Source: a bacterium (GTDB lineage: Bacteria; Bacillota_I; Bacilli_A; RFN20; CAG-288). Taken from it: DNA of 64,000 nucleotides. Below are positions 21,837 through 31,764 of the stretch, piece by piece. The position numbers were made by a program, and so were the translations under genes. How positions within the stretch are numbered: the first letter of the stretch is position 1; each line of letters opens with the position of its first letter. The stretch lies in the NCBI GenBank assembly GCA_963612025.1, contig CAVDUB010000005.1, positions 8,943 through 72,942 of the forward strand. Reading direction: 5' to 3'. Under the pieces are notes generated by a model that was given only the letters and a program-made list of their open reading frames with translations, was not told the origin of the DNA and ran no database searches.

Positions 21837-24800
21837 ATGCCAAAAAGAACAGATCTCAAAAGAATCATGATCATCGGCTCTGGTCCGATTGTCATCGGAC
21901 AGGGTGCCGAATTCGACTACGCCGGAACCCAGGCCTGTCTTGCATTGAAGGAAGAAGGCTATGAAACAATTTTGGTCAATTCCAACCCCGCCACCATCAT
22001 GACTGACACCAAAATCGCTGACAAAGTCTACATGGAACCTCTCGACTTGGAAAATGTCGCCAAAATCATCCGTATCGAACGACCGGATGGCATCCTCTGC
22101 TCCATTGGCGGACAGACCGGTCTAAATCTGGGAATGAAACTCTATAAGAACGGAATTCTCGAGGAATGCCACACCGAACTTTTAGGCACCTCCTATGATG
22201 CCATCAGCAAGGCCGAAGATCGAGAACTCTTCAAGGAACTCTGCCAGAGCATCAACGAACCGATTCTGGAAAGCTATTCTGCCAAAACACTCGATGAAGT
22301 CATTGCCGCTGCCAACAAAATCGGCTATCCGGTCATCCTTCGTCCTGCCTTCACATTAGGTGGAACCGGTGGCGGATTTGCCGACAACGAAGAAGAATTG
22401 CGTCCTTTGGCCACAAACGGACTCAAGCTTTCTCCAGTGGGTGAAGTCCTCGTCGAGAAATCCATCAAGGGATACAAGGAAATCGAATACGAAGTCCTTC
22501 GCGACAAGAATGATACAGCCATTGTCGTCTGCAATATGGAAAACATCGACCCTGTCGGCATTCATACCGGAGATAGCATCGTCGTGGCGCCCAGTCAGAC
22601 CTTGACAAACAAGGAATATCAGATGCTAAGAAATTCGGCATTGAAGATCATCCGTGCATTGAAGATCGAAGGCGGATGCAATGTCCAGTTCTCTTTGGAT
22701 CCCTATTCTTTCCAATATTATGTCATCGAAGTCAACCCACGTGTCAGCCGCTCCAGTGCCCTGGCCAGCAAAGCGAGCGGATTCCCTATTGCTCGCGTTT
22801 CGGCAAAGATTGCCGCCGGCATGACGCTCGATGAAATCGATATCGCCAACACGAAAGCCAGTTTCGAGCCGACTCTCGATTATGTCGTCACCAAGATTCC
22901 TCGATTCCCCTTTGACAAATTCGACGATGCCTCAAGAACACTGTCAACCCAGATGAAGGCCACCGGCGAAGTCATGGCGATTGGAAGAACCATCGAAGAA
23001 AGTATACTCAAGGCTGTCCGTTCTCTGGAAATCAAGGCATGCCATCTCGAATTAGACAAATTCAAAAACAAGGACGTCAAGGAACTTCTCGACATCATTT
23101 CCCAGCATACCGATGAAAGACCCTTTGCCATTATGGAAGCCTTCCGCAAGGGCGTGACCATCGATGACATCTATTTCTTGACTATGATTGACCGTTTCTT
23201 CCTTGAGAAGATGTACAACATCTACCGCATGGAAGAAAAACTCAAGAACACCCCACTCAACAAGGAACTCTTCCTTCAGGCCAAGAGAATGGGCTTCTCG
23301 GATGAATATTTAGGAAAAATCTATCATAAGAGCAAACTCGACATCTATCTCTATAGAAAAGAGAATAATATTTATCCTGTCTACAAGATGATCGATACTT
23401 GCGCAAGCGAATTCGATAGCTATATCCCCTACTTCTATTCCACCTATGAGGATGAAAATGAATCCATCCACTCCGCAAAAAAGAAAATCGTCGTCTTGGG
23501 CAGCGGTCCGATTCGTATCGGACAGGGTGTCGAATTCGACTATTCAACCACACACTGCGTCTGGGCTCTTCAGAAAGAAGGCTATGAAGCCATCGTCATC
23601 AACAACAATCCTGAAACCGTCTCCACAGACTATACCTTGTCTGACAAACTCTACTTCGAGCCATTGACGATCGAAGATGTCATGAACGTCATCGATTTCG
23701 AAAAGCCGGAAGGCGTCATCGTCGCCTTGGGCGGCCAGACGCCTATCAACCTTTCTTCGGATTTGGCCAAGCTCGGCGTAAAGATCATCGGATCGAGCGT
23801 TTCGGCAATCGATACAGCGGAAGATCGTGATCAATTCGAAGTTGCCATGGAAAAAATTTCTATTCCTCTTCCAAAAGGTGTTGCTGTCACAAAACTGGAA
23901 GATGGCATCAAGGCAGCCCGTGAAATCGGCTATCCTGTCTTGGTGAGACCATCTTTCGTCTTAGGCGGACGAATGATGAAAATCATCCACGACGAAGAAA
24001 CATTGAAGGAATTCATCCAACAGGTCTTCCTCTTTGATGAAGAGCATCCAGTTCTCATCGACCAATACATCTACGGAATCGAATGCGAAGTCGATGCCAT
24101 CTCCGATGGGAAAGACGTCTTCATCCCTGGCATCATGCAGTTGATTGAACGAACCGGTGTCCATTCCGGCGACTCCATGAGTGTCTATCCGCCCTATTCC
24201 CTTTCTCAGAAAGTCAAGGATACGATTGTCAATTACACCAAAAAAATCGGCTTGGCCATCCATATGGTCGGACTCTTCAACATCCAATTCATCGTCAAGA
24301 AGGATACCGAGGAGGTCTTCATCATCGAAGTCAACCCACGTTCGAGCCGCACGGTCCCCTTCCTTGCCAAATCCACAGGTGTCCCGATTGCCGATATCGC
24401 AAGCCAGGTCATGCTCGGTCATACCTTGAAAGAATTAGGCTACACCTCCATTGCACCGGAAAAGAAGAGATGGTATGTCAAGACGCCGACTTTCTCCTTC
24501 ACAAAGATTCAGGGCATGGATGTCGTTCTTTCTCCGGAAATGAAATCCACCGGTGAGGCGATCGGCTATGACAAATCACTCAACCGCGCCCTCTATAAAT
24601 CTCTTCGCGCCTCCGGACAGAGACTCATCAACTATGGAACCGTCTTCGCCACGATTGCGGATAGCGACAAGAAGAGCGCTCTTCCTTTAATTGAGCGGTT
24701 CTATAAGCTCGGCTTCAATATCGAGGCAACGCCTGGAACTGCCAGCTTCCTCAAAGAGAACGGCATCAAGACGCGAGTTCGCCATAAAATCAGCGAGAAC

Positions 24801-25019
24801 TCAGAGGAAATCCTCGATTCCATCCGCAAAGGCTATGTCAGCTATGTTATCAATACGATGTCGGATAGCAACATCGACAAAGAGCATGACGGTGTGAAGA
24901 TCCGTCGCTGTGCCATCGACAATTCCGTTCCGGTCTTCACCTGTTTGGACACCGTCGATGCCCTGCTCAACGTCTTGGAAGATATGACAATGTCGGTTTC
25001 GACCATCGATGCGGAGTAA
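21837..25019 (+). CDS. carB: Carbamoyl-phosphate synthase large subunit
   Basis: 1060 aa with duplicated ATP-grasp halves ([18 protein letters not shown] and [18 protein letters not shown]). Confidence 0.97.
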   Translation: MPKRTDLKRIMIIGSGPIVIGQGAEFDYAGTQACLALKEEGYETILVNSNPATIMTDTKIADKVYMEPLDLENVAKIIRIERPDGILCSIGGQTGLNLGMKLYKNGILEECHTELLGTSYDAISKAEDRELFKELCQSINEPILESYSAKTLDEVIAAANKIGYPVILRPAFTLGGTGGGFADNEEELRPLATNGLKLSPVGEVLVEKSIKGYKEIEYEVLRDKNDTAIVVCNMENIDPVGIHTGDSIVVAPSQTLTNKEYQMLRNSALKIIRALKIEGGCNVQFSLDPYSFQYYVIEVNPRVSRSSALASKASGFPIARVSAKIAAGMTLDEIDIANTKASFEPTLDYVVTKIPRFPFDKFDDASRTLSTQMKATGEVMAIGRTIEESILKAVRSLEIKACHLELDKFKNKDVKELLDIISQHTDERPFAIMEAFRKGVTIDDIYFLTMIDRFFLEKMYNIYRMEEKLKNTPLNKELFLQAKRMGFSDEYLGKIYHKSKLDIYLYRKENNIYPVYKMIDTCASEFDSYIPYFYSTYEDENESIHSAKKKIVVLGSGPIRIGQGVEFDYSTTHCVWALQKEGYEAIVINNNPETVSTDYTLSDKLYFEPLTIEDVMNVIDFEKPEGVIVALGGQTPINLSSDLAKLGVKIIGSSVSAIDTAEDRDQFEVAMEKISIPLPKGVAVTKLEDGIKAAREIGYPVLVRPSFVLGGRMMKIIHDEETLKEFIQQVFLFDEEHPVLIDQYIYGIECEVDAISDGKDVFIPGIMQLIERTGVHSGDSMSVYPPYSLSQKVKDTIVNYTKKIGLAIHMVGLFNIQFIVKKDTEEVFIIEVNPRSSRTVPFLAKSTGVPIADIASQVMLGHTLKELGYTSIAPEKKRWYVKTPTFSFTKIQGMDVVLSPEMKSTGEAIGYDKSLNRALYKSLRASGQRLINYGTVFATIADSDKKSALPLIERFYKLGFNIEATPGTASFLKENGIKTRVRHKISENSEEILDSIRKGYVSYVINTMSDSNIDKEHDGVKIRRCAIDNSVPVFTCLDTVDALLNVLEDMTMSVSTIDAE

Positions 25020-25021
25020 AT

Positions 25022-25753
25022 ATGAAACAAGAATCACTTAGAATCCTTTCCAACAGTCAGGTCGGAAAGGAGACATATCAAATCCGTCTTGAGGCAAAAG
25101 ACGAGTTCCTTTCCTTGCCTGGACAATTCTGTGAGGTTGCCCTTCCCGGATTCTACCTCCGTCGTCCGCTTTCCATCTTCGATCAGGAGAAGAACACCAT
25201 CACATTTCTCTACAAAATCTTAGGAGAGGGCACAAAATCCCTCTCCAAAATGAAAGTGGGAGACAATCTTGATGTCCTTCTCAATCTCGGAAACGGGTTT
25301 TCTCTCGATAAATCGTCTTCTCCTCTTCTTATCGGTGGAGGAATCGGTGTTGCTCCACTCTACTTTTTAGCCAAAGAGTTCAAAAAACAACAAAAGAATG
25401 TGAAATTTCTCCTCGGTTTCAAGAATAAGGAAGAAGCGCTTCTTTTAGAGGAGTTCTCCCAGTTGGGAGAGGTCTATCTGACAAGCGACGATGGAACTCT
25501 CGGAGAAAAGGGAAATCCGGTCACCTATCTTGGAAATCATTCGCTCGACTTCGACTTCTTCTATGCCTGTGGCCCGCTTGTCATGCTGAAATATCTAAGC
25601 AGGACGCCTTTCCATGGAGAGGTCTCCTTGGAAGCCAGGATGGGTTGTGGGTTTGGAGCCTGCATGGGATGTTCAATCAAGACGACGGAAGGATTCAAGA
25701 GAGTCTGCAAGGAAGGACCTGTATTCAAAAAAGAGGAGGTGATTTATGAATAA
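25022..25753 (+). CDS. pyrK: Dihydroorotate dehydrogenase B electron-transfer subunit
   Basis: C-terminal 2Fe-2S motif CGFGACMGCS. It sits upstream of pyrD. Confidence 0.9.
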   Translation: MKQESLRILSNSQVGKETYQIRLEAKDEFLSLPGQFCEVALPGFYLRRPLSIFDQEKNTITFLYKILGEGTKSLSKMKVGDNLDVLLNLGNGFSLDKSSSPLLIGGGIGVAPLYFLAKEFKKQQKNVKFLLGFKNKEEALLLEEFSQLGEVYLTSDDGTLGEKGNPVTYLGNHSLDFDFFYACGPLVMLKYLSRTPFHGEVSLEARMGCGFGACMGCSIKTTEGFKRVCKEGPVFKKEEVIYE

Positions 25754-26660
25754 GAATCTTCATGTCTCCTTTTTGGGAAAAGACTTCAAAAACCCCATCA
25801 TTCCTGCTTCCGGATGCTTTGGATTCGGTTATGAATTTGCTTCAATCTATGATATCAATATCTTAGGAAGCATTGCCTTGAAAGGCACGACTTTGGAGCC
25901 AAGATACGGAAACGAGCTTCCCCGCATCGCGGAATGCCCCTCCGGATTGATCAATTCCATCGGCTTGCAGAATCCCGGTGTCGAGAAAGTCATCCATGAA
26001 GAAATTCCCAAGCTTGAGAAAGTCTATTCCGATCAAGTCATTGCCAATATCGGCGGGCATTCTGTTGAAGACTATCTTCTCACCGCGGAGAGATTCAATG
26101 ATGAAAAGAAAGTCTTCGCGCTCGAATTGAATATTTCTTGTCCAAACGTCAAGGAGGGCGGAATGGCCTTCGGCGTTGATAGCAAGGTTGCCTACCAACT
26201 TGTCAAAAAAGTAAAAGAACGTTCGACAAAGCCGATCATCGTCAAGCTTTCTCCAAATGTGACGGATATCATTTCGATGGCGAAAGCTGTCGAGGAGGCC
26301 GGGGCAGATGCCATTTGTCTGATCAACACGCTTTTAGGAATGCGAATCGACATAAAGACGGGAAAACCGATCATAAAGAATGTCATGGGTGGCTATTCTG
26401 GTCCTGGTATCTTCCCAGTCGCCCTAAGAATGGTCTATCAGGTCAGCCACTGCACCCAGCTGCCCATCATCGGTGTTGGAGGCATCACCTCAGCAAGAGA
26501 TGTTCTCGAGATGATGTATGCCGGTGCCAGCTTAGTCGAAATCGGCGCACAGAATCTCGTCGATCCGTATTGTTGCAAGAAAATCATTGAAGATCTGCCC
26601 TCTGTCATGGAGGAATATCATATTGATGAACTATCTCAAATCATAAGGAGGACAAAATGA
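25746..26660 (+). CDS. pyrD: Dihydroorotate dehydrogenase B catalytic subunit
   Basis: ASGCFGFG, LELNISCPNV and GGITSARDVLEM blocks. Confidence 0.95.
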   Translation: MNKNLHVSFLGKDFKNPIIPASGCFGFGYEFASIYDINILGSIALKGTTLEPRYGNELPRIAECPSGLINSIGLQNPGVEKVIHEEIPKLEKVYSDQVIANIGGHSVEDYLLTAERFNDEKKVFALELNISCPNVKEGGMAFGVDSKVAYQLVKKVKERSTKPIIVKLSPNVTDIISMAKAVEEAGADAICLINTLLGMRIDIKTGKPIIKNVMGGYSGPGIFPVALRMVYQVSHCTQLPIIGVGGITSARDVLEMMYAGASLVEIGAQNLVDPYCCKKIIEDLPSVMEEYHIDELSQIIRRTK

Positions 26661-27343
26661 GTAACGTTATCATTGCCTGTGACTTTGCCACAAAAGAAGA
26701 ATTGTACAATTTCCTTACCCCATTCAAAGGACTCAATCCGTACATTAAAATCGGAATGGAAATGTTCTACAAGGAAGGACCTTCCTTGGTCAAAGAGCTC
26801 AAGAAGGATGGCTTTCGAATTTTCCTCGACCTCAAGCTCTGCGATATCCCAAACACCGTCAAGAAGGCGATGGCCCAAATCGGTGAACTCGGCGTCGAAA
26901 TCACCAATCTTCATGCCTTTGGCGGCATCGAGATGATGAAGGCCGCCCGCGAAGGTCTTGATTCGACCCCACAGGGAAAGAACACAAAATTGATTGCCGT
27001 CACAGTCCTGACGAGTCTGAACGATACAATCCTAGATGAAGAAGATCTCATCCACCATAAAGTCAATGAGGTTGTCTCACACTACGCAATGAACGCGAAG
27101 AAGGCAGGATTGGATGGTGTTGTCTGCTCCCCTCTTGAGGCCCCGATCATCAAGGAGATGGGTCTCATCAGCGTCACGCCAGGCATCCGTCTTTTAGGCG
27201 ACAGCAAGGACGATCAGAAGAGAGTTGCCACTCCGTCATACGCCAAGGAACTCGGTTCGACCTATATTGTTGTCGGAAGAAGCATCACCAAGGCAAGTGA
27301 CCCTGTCAAAGCCTACCATGAATGTGTAAAGGAGTTTGAATAA
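26657..27343 (+). CDS. pyrF: Orotidine-5'-phosphate decarboxylase
   Basis: FLDLKLCDIPNT active-site block and VVGRSIT. Confidence 0.95.
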   Translation: MSNVIIACDFATKEELYNFLTPFKGLNPYIKIGMEMFYKEGPSLVKELKKDGFRIFLDLKLCDIPNTVKKAMAQIGELGVEITNLHAFGGIEMMKAAREGLDSTPQGKNTKLIAVTVLTSLNDTILDEEDLIHHKVNEVVSHYAMNAKKAGLDGVVCSPLEAPIIKEMGLISVTPGIRLLGDSKDDQKRVATPSYAKELGSTYIVVGRSITKASDPVKAYHECVKEFE

Positions 27344-27344
27344 A

Positions 27345-27998
27345 ATGAACGAAAAAGAATTAGCTGAAAAAGTCGCATCCAACCTGTTGAAAATCAAAGC
27401 CGTCTTCCTGAAGCCGAATGACCCATTCACGTGGGCAAGCGGCATCAAATCCCCGATTTATTGCGATAATCGACTCACCCTCTCCTATCCAGAAGTCCGC
27501 GAAGTGGTTGAAGAGGGTCTCAAGCAGACCATCGAAGCCTACTTCCCTGAAGCTGAAATCCTGGAAGGAACCTCCACAGCCGGCATCGCCCATGCAGCCA
27601 TCGTTGCCACAAAGATGAACCTTCCGATGGGCTATGTCCGTTCCGGCCACAAGGATCATGGAAGAGGAAACCAGATTGAAGGCATCTCTCCAAAAGGAAA
27701 GAAAGTCGTTGTCGTCGAGGACCTGATTTCGACCGGTGGATCCTCCCTTGAAGTTGTCGACATCCTCCGCGAAGAAGGGGCCGAGGTTTTAGGCATCGTC
27801 TCCATCTTCACCTACAATCTTGCCAAGGGAAAAGAAAAACTCGAAGCTGACCATTGCATCAATCATTCCTTGAGCAATTTCGAGACATTGATTTCCATCG
27901 CTCAAAAGGAAGACTACATCAAGGAAGAGGATATCGAAAAGCTCCTCAAGTTCCAGAAGAACCCATCCGATCCCAGTTGGATGGAAGTCGGAAAGTAA
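27345..27998 (+). CDS. pyrE: Orotate phosphoribosyltransferase
   Basis: PRPP-binding VVVVEDLISTGGS. I chose the ATG at 27345 (AAGGAG 10 nt upstream) because the track start at 27336 is a TTG. Confidence 0.93.
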   Translation: MNEKELAEKVASNLLKIKAVFLKPNDPFTWASGIKSPIYCDNRLTLSYPEVREVVEEGLKQTIEAYFPEAEILEGTSTAGIAHAAIVATKMNLPMGYVRSGHKDHGRGNQIEGISPKGKKVVVVEDLISTGGSSLEVVDILREEGAEVLGIVSIFTYNLAKGKEKLEADHCINHSLSNFETLISIAQKEDYIKEEDIEKLLKFQKNPSDPSWMEVGK

Positions 27999-28062
27999 AA
28001 TTGTTCAAAAAAATCACTTTCCTTGGACAAATCAAGTATAATAAAGGAAAAGGAGGCCCACT

Positions 28063-28293
28063 ATGGCTAAATTAAAAGGCAACATCGTGATGATCAAGGA
28101 CGACAAGATTCTCTTTGTCTGTCAAAACAAATATTACATCACCAAAGGCGAAGGACACATCGGCGATGAAGAAGAATTCGACGAGAAGAAGTGCCTTCCC
28201 ATGCCAAGCTACATGTTCGCCATCGCAACCATGGAAGAAGAAAATCTCGAAGAGACTCTCGACTTCATCAAAGACAAGTGGTTTGACCAGTAA
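28063..28293 (+). CDS. Hypothetical 76-aa acidic protein
   Basis: Strong Shine-Dalgarno sequence (aaaggaggcccactATG), genome-typical codon usage, and its own terminator immediately downstream. I recognise no family. Confidence 0.55.
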   Translation: MAKLKGNIVMIKDDKILFVCQNKYYITKGEGHIGDEEEFDEKKCLPMPSYMFAIATMEEENLEETLDFIKDKWFDQ

Positions 28294-28308
28294 GGCGAAA
28301 CCTCCAAG

Positions 28309-28333
28309 ACACCGGGCAACCGGTGTTTTTTCT
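28309..28333 (+). terminator. Intrinsic terminator ending the pyr operon and small ORF
   Basis: acaccgg-gcaa-ccggtgt followed by ttttttc. Confidence 0.8.
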
Positions 28334-28337
28334 TTCA

Positions 28338-28383
28338 TAAAAAAATGAAGATTCTCTCAATTTCAGAAAATCTTCATTTTTTG
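28338..28383. terminator. A/T-flanked hairpin; terminator for galT (minus strand), also usable on the plus strand
   Basis: atgaagatt...aatcttcat stem (28345-28377) flanked by an A7 run and a T6 run. It lies 8 nt beyond the galT stop. Confidence 0.65.
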
Positions 28384-28390
28384 TTATCGG

Positions 28391-29911
28391 TTAATGACTC
28401 GACTTCGAATTCACGTATTCAACAAATCTTCTCACGCCAGCATAGCCTTTCTCATCTTGCTTATAGACACCGGCGCATTCCAAGACATGCTGAAATGTCT
28501 GACCGATTTCCTCTTGAAGAATCGCATCGATTTCCTCTTTTTCCATATTTGGAGCGAAGCGGGAAGAGAAAGCCGAAAGCCACGAAGCATGTTTTTTGAC
28601 TTCCTCGATTTCTGCAATATCCTTGCCAGATAAGACCGCATCTCGGATGATTTCCATCTCTTTCTTTAAGCGACTAGGGAGAATGGCTCTTCCCATGACT
28701 TCAATCAACCCGATATTTTCTTTCTTGATGTTCCAATATTCCTCATGTGGATGATAGACACCAAGCGGATATTCATCCGTCGTAAGATTGTTTCTAAGAG
28801 CCAAATCCATGACAAATTCATCGCCATCTTTATGAAGTATCGGTGTAATGGTATTATGCGGAACTCCATCTGTATAAGCATAGACAAAGCATTCCTCATC
28901 GCTGTATTCTCTCCAGCATGATAATATCTTGCTCGATAGATGAATCAATTCATCCCGTGACTTGCTCTTCAGCCTCAAAACACTCAGTGGCCAATAAAGA
29001 TAAAAGCCTGATACTTTGTCAAAGTTCTCAAAGCGAACCTGGAACACTTCTTTTGCATCGAACATAGGAAAGCGATAGCTTCCACCCTGGTAATGGTCAT
29101 GGGTCAGAATGCTTCCTCCGACGATTGGAAGATCGGCATTGCTTCCAAGCATATAGTGTGGAAGATAGGAAACAAAATCAAACAGATGTTCGAATGTCTT
29201 CTCATTGATCGTCATCGGAACATGTGAGGCATTGAAAACGATGCAGTGCTCCTTGTAGTAGGAATAGGGGGAATACTGCATGTAGTAGTCTTCATCGCCT
29301 AAATGGAGAGGAATATAGCGGATTGTTTCCCGTGCCGGATGGGAGAGCGTTCCACGATAGCCCATATTCTCCTTGCAGAGAAGACATTTCGGATAGGATG
29401 TCTGCTTCATGCTTTTTGCAGCTGCAATCGCTTTTGGATCCTTCTCCGGCTTGGAGAGATTGATGGTGATATCGATATCGCCATATGGTGTCTTTGTCTT
29501 CCAGTTCAAGTCCTTCCTGATTCGATACGATCGGATATAATCGCTATCTAGGGAAAGATGATAAAAATAATCCGTTGCCTTCTTCTTGTCTTCGCTGGCC
29601 AATTTCTCGAATGTCGAAATCACACTATCCGGACGAGGGGTAAAGCAGTTCATGATCTTGGTATCGAAAAGATCTCTATAGGTGATGCTATCTTCTTTGA
29701 TCAAACCTTTCTTTACAGCATAGGAAACAAGATTTGCCAACGTCTCTTCAAGGTCGACATCCTTATATTCGATGCCATCATCGACAAATTCATCCAAGTC
29801 GAGAACGTCCAGAAGAAGGTTGATGCTATAAAAATATTCTTCCTTGGAAATCAGCTTCTTCTCAAGGGCATACGAAGATAATTTTTTTATTTCTCTTTGA
29901 ACTGAGATCAT
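28391..29911 (-). CDS. galT: UDP-glucose--hexose-1-phosphate uridylyltransferase (type 2 GalT)
   Basis: At 506 aa it has the length and N-terminus typical of the Firmicute class-II GalT. ATGA overlap with the galK stop. Confidence 0.85.
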   Translation of the reverse strand: MISVQREIKKLSSYALEKKLISKEEYFYSINLLLDVLDLDEFVDDGIEYKDVDLEETLANLVSYAVKKGLIKEDSITYRDLFDTKIMNCFTPRPDSVISTFEKLASEDKKKATDYFYHLSLDSDYIRSYRIRKDLNWKTKTPYGDIDITINLSKPEKDPKAIAAAKSMKQTSYPKCLLCKENMGYRGTLSHPARETIRYIPLHLGDEDYYMQYSPYSYYKEHCIVFNASHVPMTINEKTFEHLFDFVSYLPHYMLGSNADLPIVGGSILTHDHYQGGSYRFPMFDAKEVFQVRFENFDKVSGFYLYWPLSVLRLKSKSRDELIHLSSKILSCWREYSDEECFVYAYTDGVPHNTITPILHKDGDEFVMDLALRNNLTTDEYPLGVYHPHEEYWNIKKENIGLIEVMGRAILPSRLKKEMEIIRDAVLSGKDIAEIEEVKKHASWLSAFSSRFAPNMEKEEIDAILQEEIGQTFQHVLECAGVYKQDEKGYAGVRRFVEYVNSKSSH

Positions 29912-31074
29912 AACAGTCTTCTCCCTCCTTCTCCGACTGAGAGTCTATGGCATTCGGCATGAAGCGAAGTCTTCTCGCAATAAGTCTTTTCAAGATTTGC
30001 AATGAAGGAATCGACATTCTCATCCTTGACGATAGAAATCGTATTTCCTCCCCATCCGCCTCCGGTCTCTCTTGAACCGATGCAGCCCTCCTGCTTCCTT
30101 GCTTCAGAAACAAGAATATCGATTTCATCACAGGTCGCTTCATAAAGGTCCTTCAATCCATCACCGGATTCATTGATGAGTCTCCCAAAAGTAGCAAGAT
30201 CCATCTTCTTTAGTGCTTCGACGGCTTTCTTCGTCCTCTCTTCCTCATAAACGGCAAAACGTGCTCTTTTTTCGTTCACAGGAGAAGTGATGAGGTGGGC
30301 ATGTTTTTCGAATTCCTCAACACTCAATTCACAGAGATTTTCAATTTTGCATTCCTTTTGAAGATCCTTCAAGGCTTCCTCACATTCCCTTCTTCGATCA
30401 TTGTAATGGGAGGAAACCAAGGAATGCGGCTTATTGGAATTCGTCACGATGATTTTATAGCCCTTCAAGGCAAGTGGGACATAGGTATAATCCAATGTCT
30501 TGCAATCAAGGAAGAGAGCACAGTCCTTTTTTCCATTGGCCGAGGCAAACTGATCCATGATGCCGCAGTTGAGCCCACAGAAACTGTTTTCCGCCTCCTG
30601 ACTCAAAAGGGCGATTTCAACTCCATCGACATCAAGTGAAAAAGAATCCTTGATGATATTGGCAATCAAAACTTCCATGGCGGCGCTAGAAGAAAGTCCA
30701 GAGCCTGGAATGTTCCCCGAGACAAGAATATCAAATCCGTGCGAAAGAGAATATCCTTTCTTTTGAAACGCCTTGAAGACACCCTTGGCATAATTTGTCC
30801 ATCCATCCTTTTTCTCGTATTTCAGATCCGAAAGAGATGTTTTGATAATGCCACATTCAGGGAAATTCTCGCTATAAAAAGAAAGAACATCATCCTGTCG
30901 ATCGGCAACGATCGCATAATTTCCAACATCCAATGCACAGGGGAAGACATGACCGCCGTTATAGTCGATATGCTCTCCAATGAGATTGACTCTCCCCGGA
31001 GCCATATAGGCTCTCAGTTTTTCTTTTTTTCCAAACAGAGAACAGAAATGTTCCTTGAGTATTTCGATATCCAT
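29908..31074 (-). CDS. galK: Galactokinase
   Basis: GRVNLIGEHIDYNGG signature and GSGLSSSAA (GHMP motif). I chose the ATG at 31074 (GGAGGTGA upstream) over the one at 31095. Confidence 0.95.
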   Translation of the reverse strand: MDIEILKEHFCSLFGKKEKLRAYMAPGRVNLIGEHIDYNGGHVFPCALDVGNYAIVADRQDDVLSFYSENFPECGIIKTSLSDLKYEKKDGWTNYAKGVFKAFQKKGYSLSHGFDILVSGNIPGSGLSSSAAMEVLIANIIKDSFSLDVDGVEIALLSQEAENSFCGLNCGIMDQFASANGKKDCALFLDCKTLDYTYVPLALKGYKIIVTNSNKPHSLVSSHYNDRRRECEEALKDLQKECKIENLCELSVEEFEKHAHLITSPVNEKRARFAVYEEERTKKAVEALKKMDLATFGRLINESGDGLKDLYEATCDEIDILVSEARKQEGCIGSRETGGGWGGNTISIVKDENVDSFIANLEKTYCEKTSLHAECHRLSVGEGGRRLL

Positions 31075-31099
31075 ATTCTCACCTCCATAAGGCACCTAT

Positions 31100-31128
31100 A
31101 TTATACTTTCCAATGTAATCTCTTTCAA
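31100..31128 (-). promoter_or_regulatory. galKT promoter, near-consensus
   Basis: Minus strand reads TTGAAA-17 nt-TATAAT, about 25 nt upstream of the galK start. A cre-like TGAAAGAGATTACA (31114-31127) overlaps the -35 element. Confidence 0.7.
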
Positions 31129-31132
31129 AAGC

Positions 31133-31168
31133 AAAAAAAGGCAGAAATCATACAATTTATGCCTTTTT
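31133..31168 (-). terminator. Possible terminator after the ABC-isochorismatase operon
   Basis: aaaaaggca...tgccttttt inverted repeat with a 16-nt loop. The stem is A/T-rich, so this is weak. Confidence 0.4.
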
Positions 31169-31201
31169 CCAGCGATAGAGAAGAAAGAGGAGGAAATCTT
31201 C

Positions 31202-31753
31202 TCAGAATGTTTCCAAAACAGTGATTTCCAAAGCCTCTAAGGATGACAATGTCGCCTCAGCCTTCTTTTCATTTCCATCTCCAACAGCATTTTTGATGAC
31301 AAAGACTGGCGTATCCTTCAAAGCCGTTCTTGCCAAGACGGCCTGGGCGTGTACGCAGATGGATGTACAGACCCCCATGATATAGACGTTATCGAAATCC
31401 TTCTGATGATCGAGAAGATAACTGAAGAGTTCGCTTGAGCCGAAGGTCGGTTTTTCAAATTCGATGACTTCATGATGAGAAGAAAGAGCATCCAGTTCTT
31501 TTTGAATCGAAGTCTCTGTTTCCCATCCTGGCGTCTCTTTTACACAATGGAGCGGAATATTCTTTCCTTCCAAGGTCGAAGAATAGTCTTCTTTATCATG
31601 GGTATCCTTCGTCACAAGGACAACATCCTCTTCCATCACCTTGTTCTTCAGGATGGATAAGACGTTCTGCACAGTCTTTTCATATCCTTTAAAGCCAAGG
31701 CACATGGAAAGGAAATCATTTTGCATATCGACAACAATAAATACATTTTTCAT
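31202..31753 (-). CDS. Isochorismatase-family cysteine hydrolase (nicotinamidase-like)
   Basis: VVDMQNDF and the catalytic-Cys block GVCTSICV. The probable start is the ATG at 31753 (MKNVFIVVDMQNDF). Confidence 0.85.
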   Translation of the reverse strand: MKNVFIVVDMQNDFLSMCLGFKGYEKTVQNVLSILKNKVMEEDVVLVTKDTHDKEDYSSTLEGKNIPLHCVKETPGWETETSIQKELDALSSHHEVIEFEKPTFGSSELFSYLLDHQKDFDNVYIMGVCTSICVHAQAVLARTALKDTPVFVIKNAVGDGNEKKAEATLSSLEALEITVLETF

Positions 31754-31764
31754 ATTGAAATACC

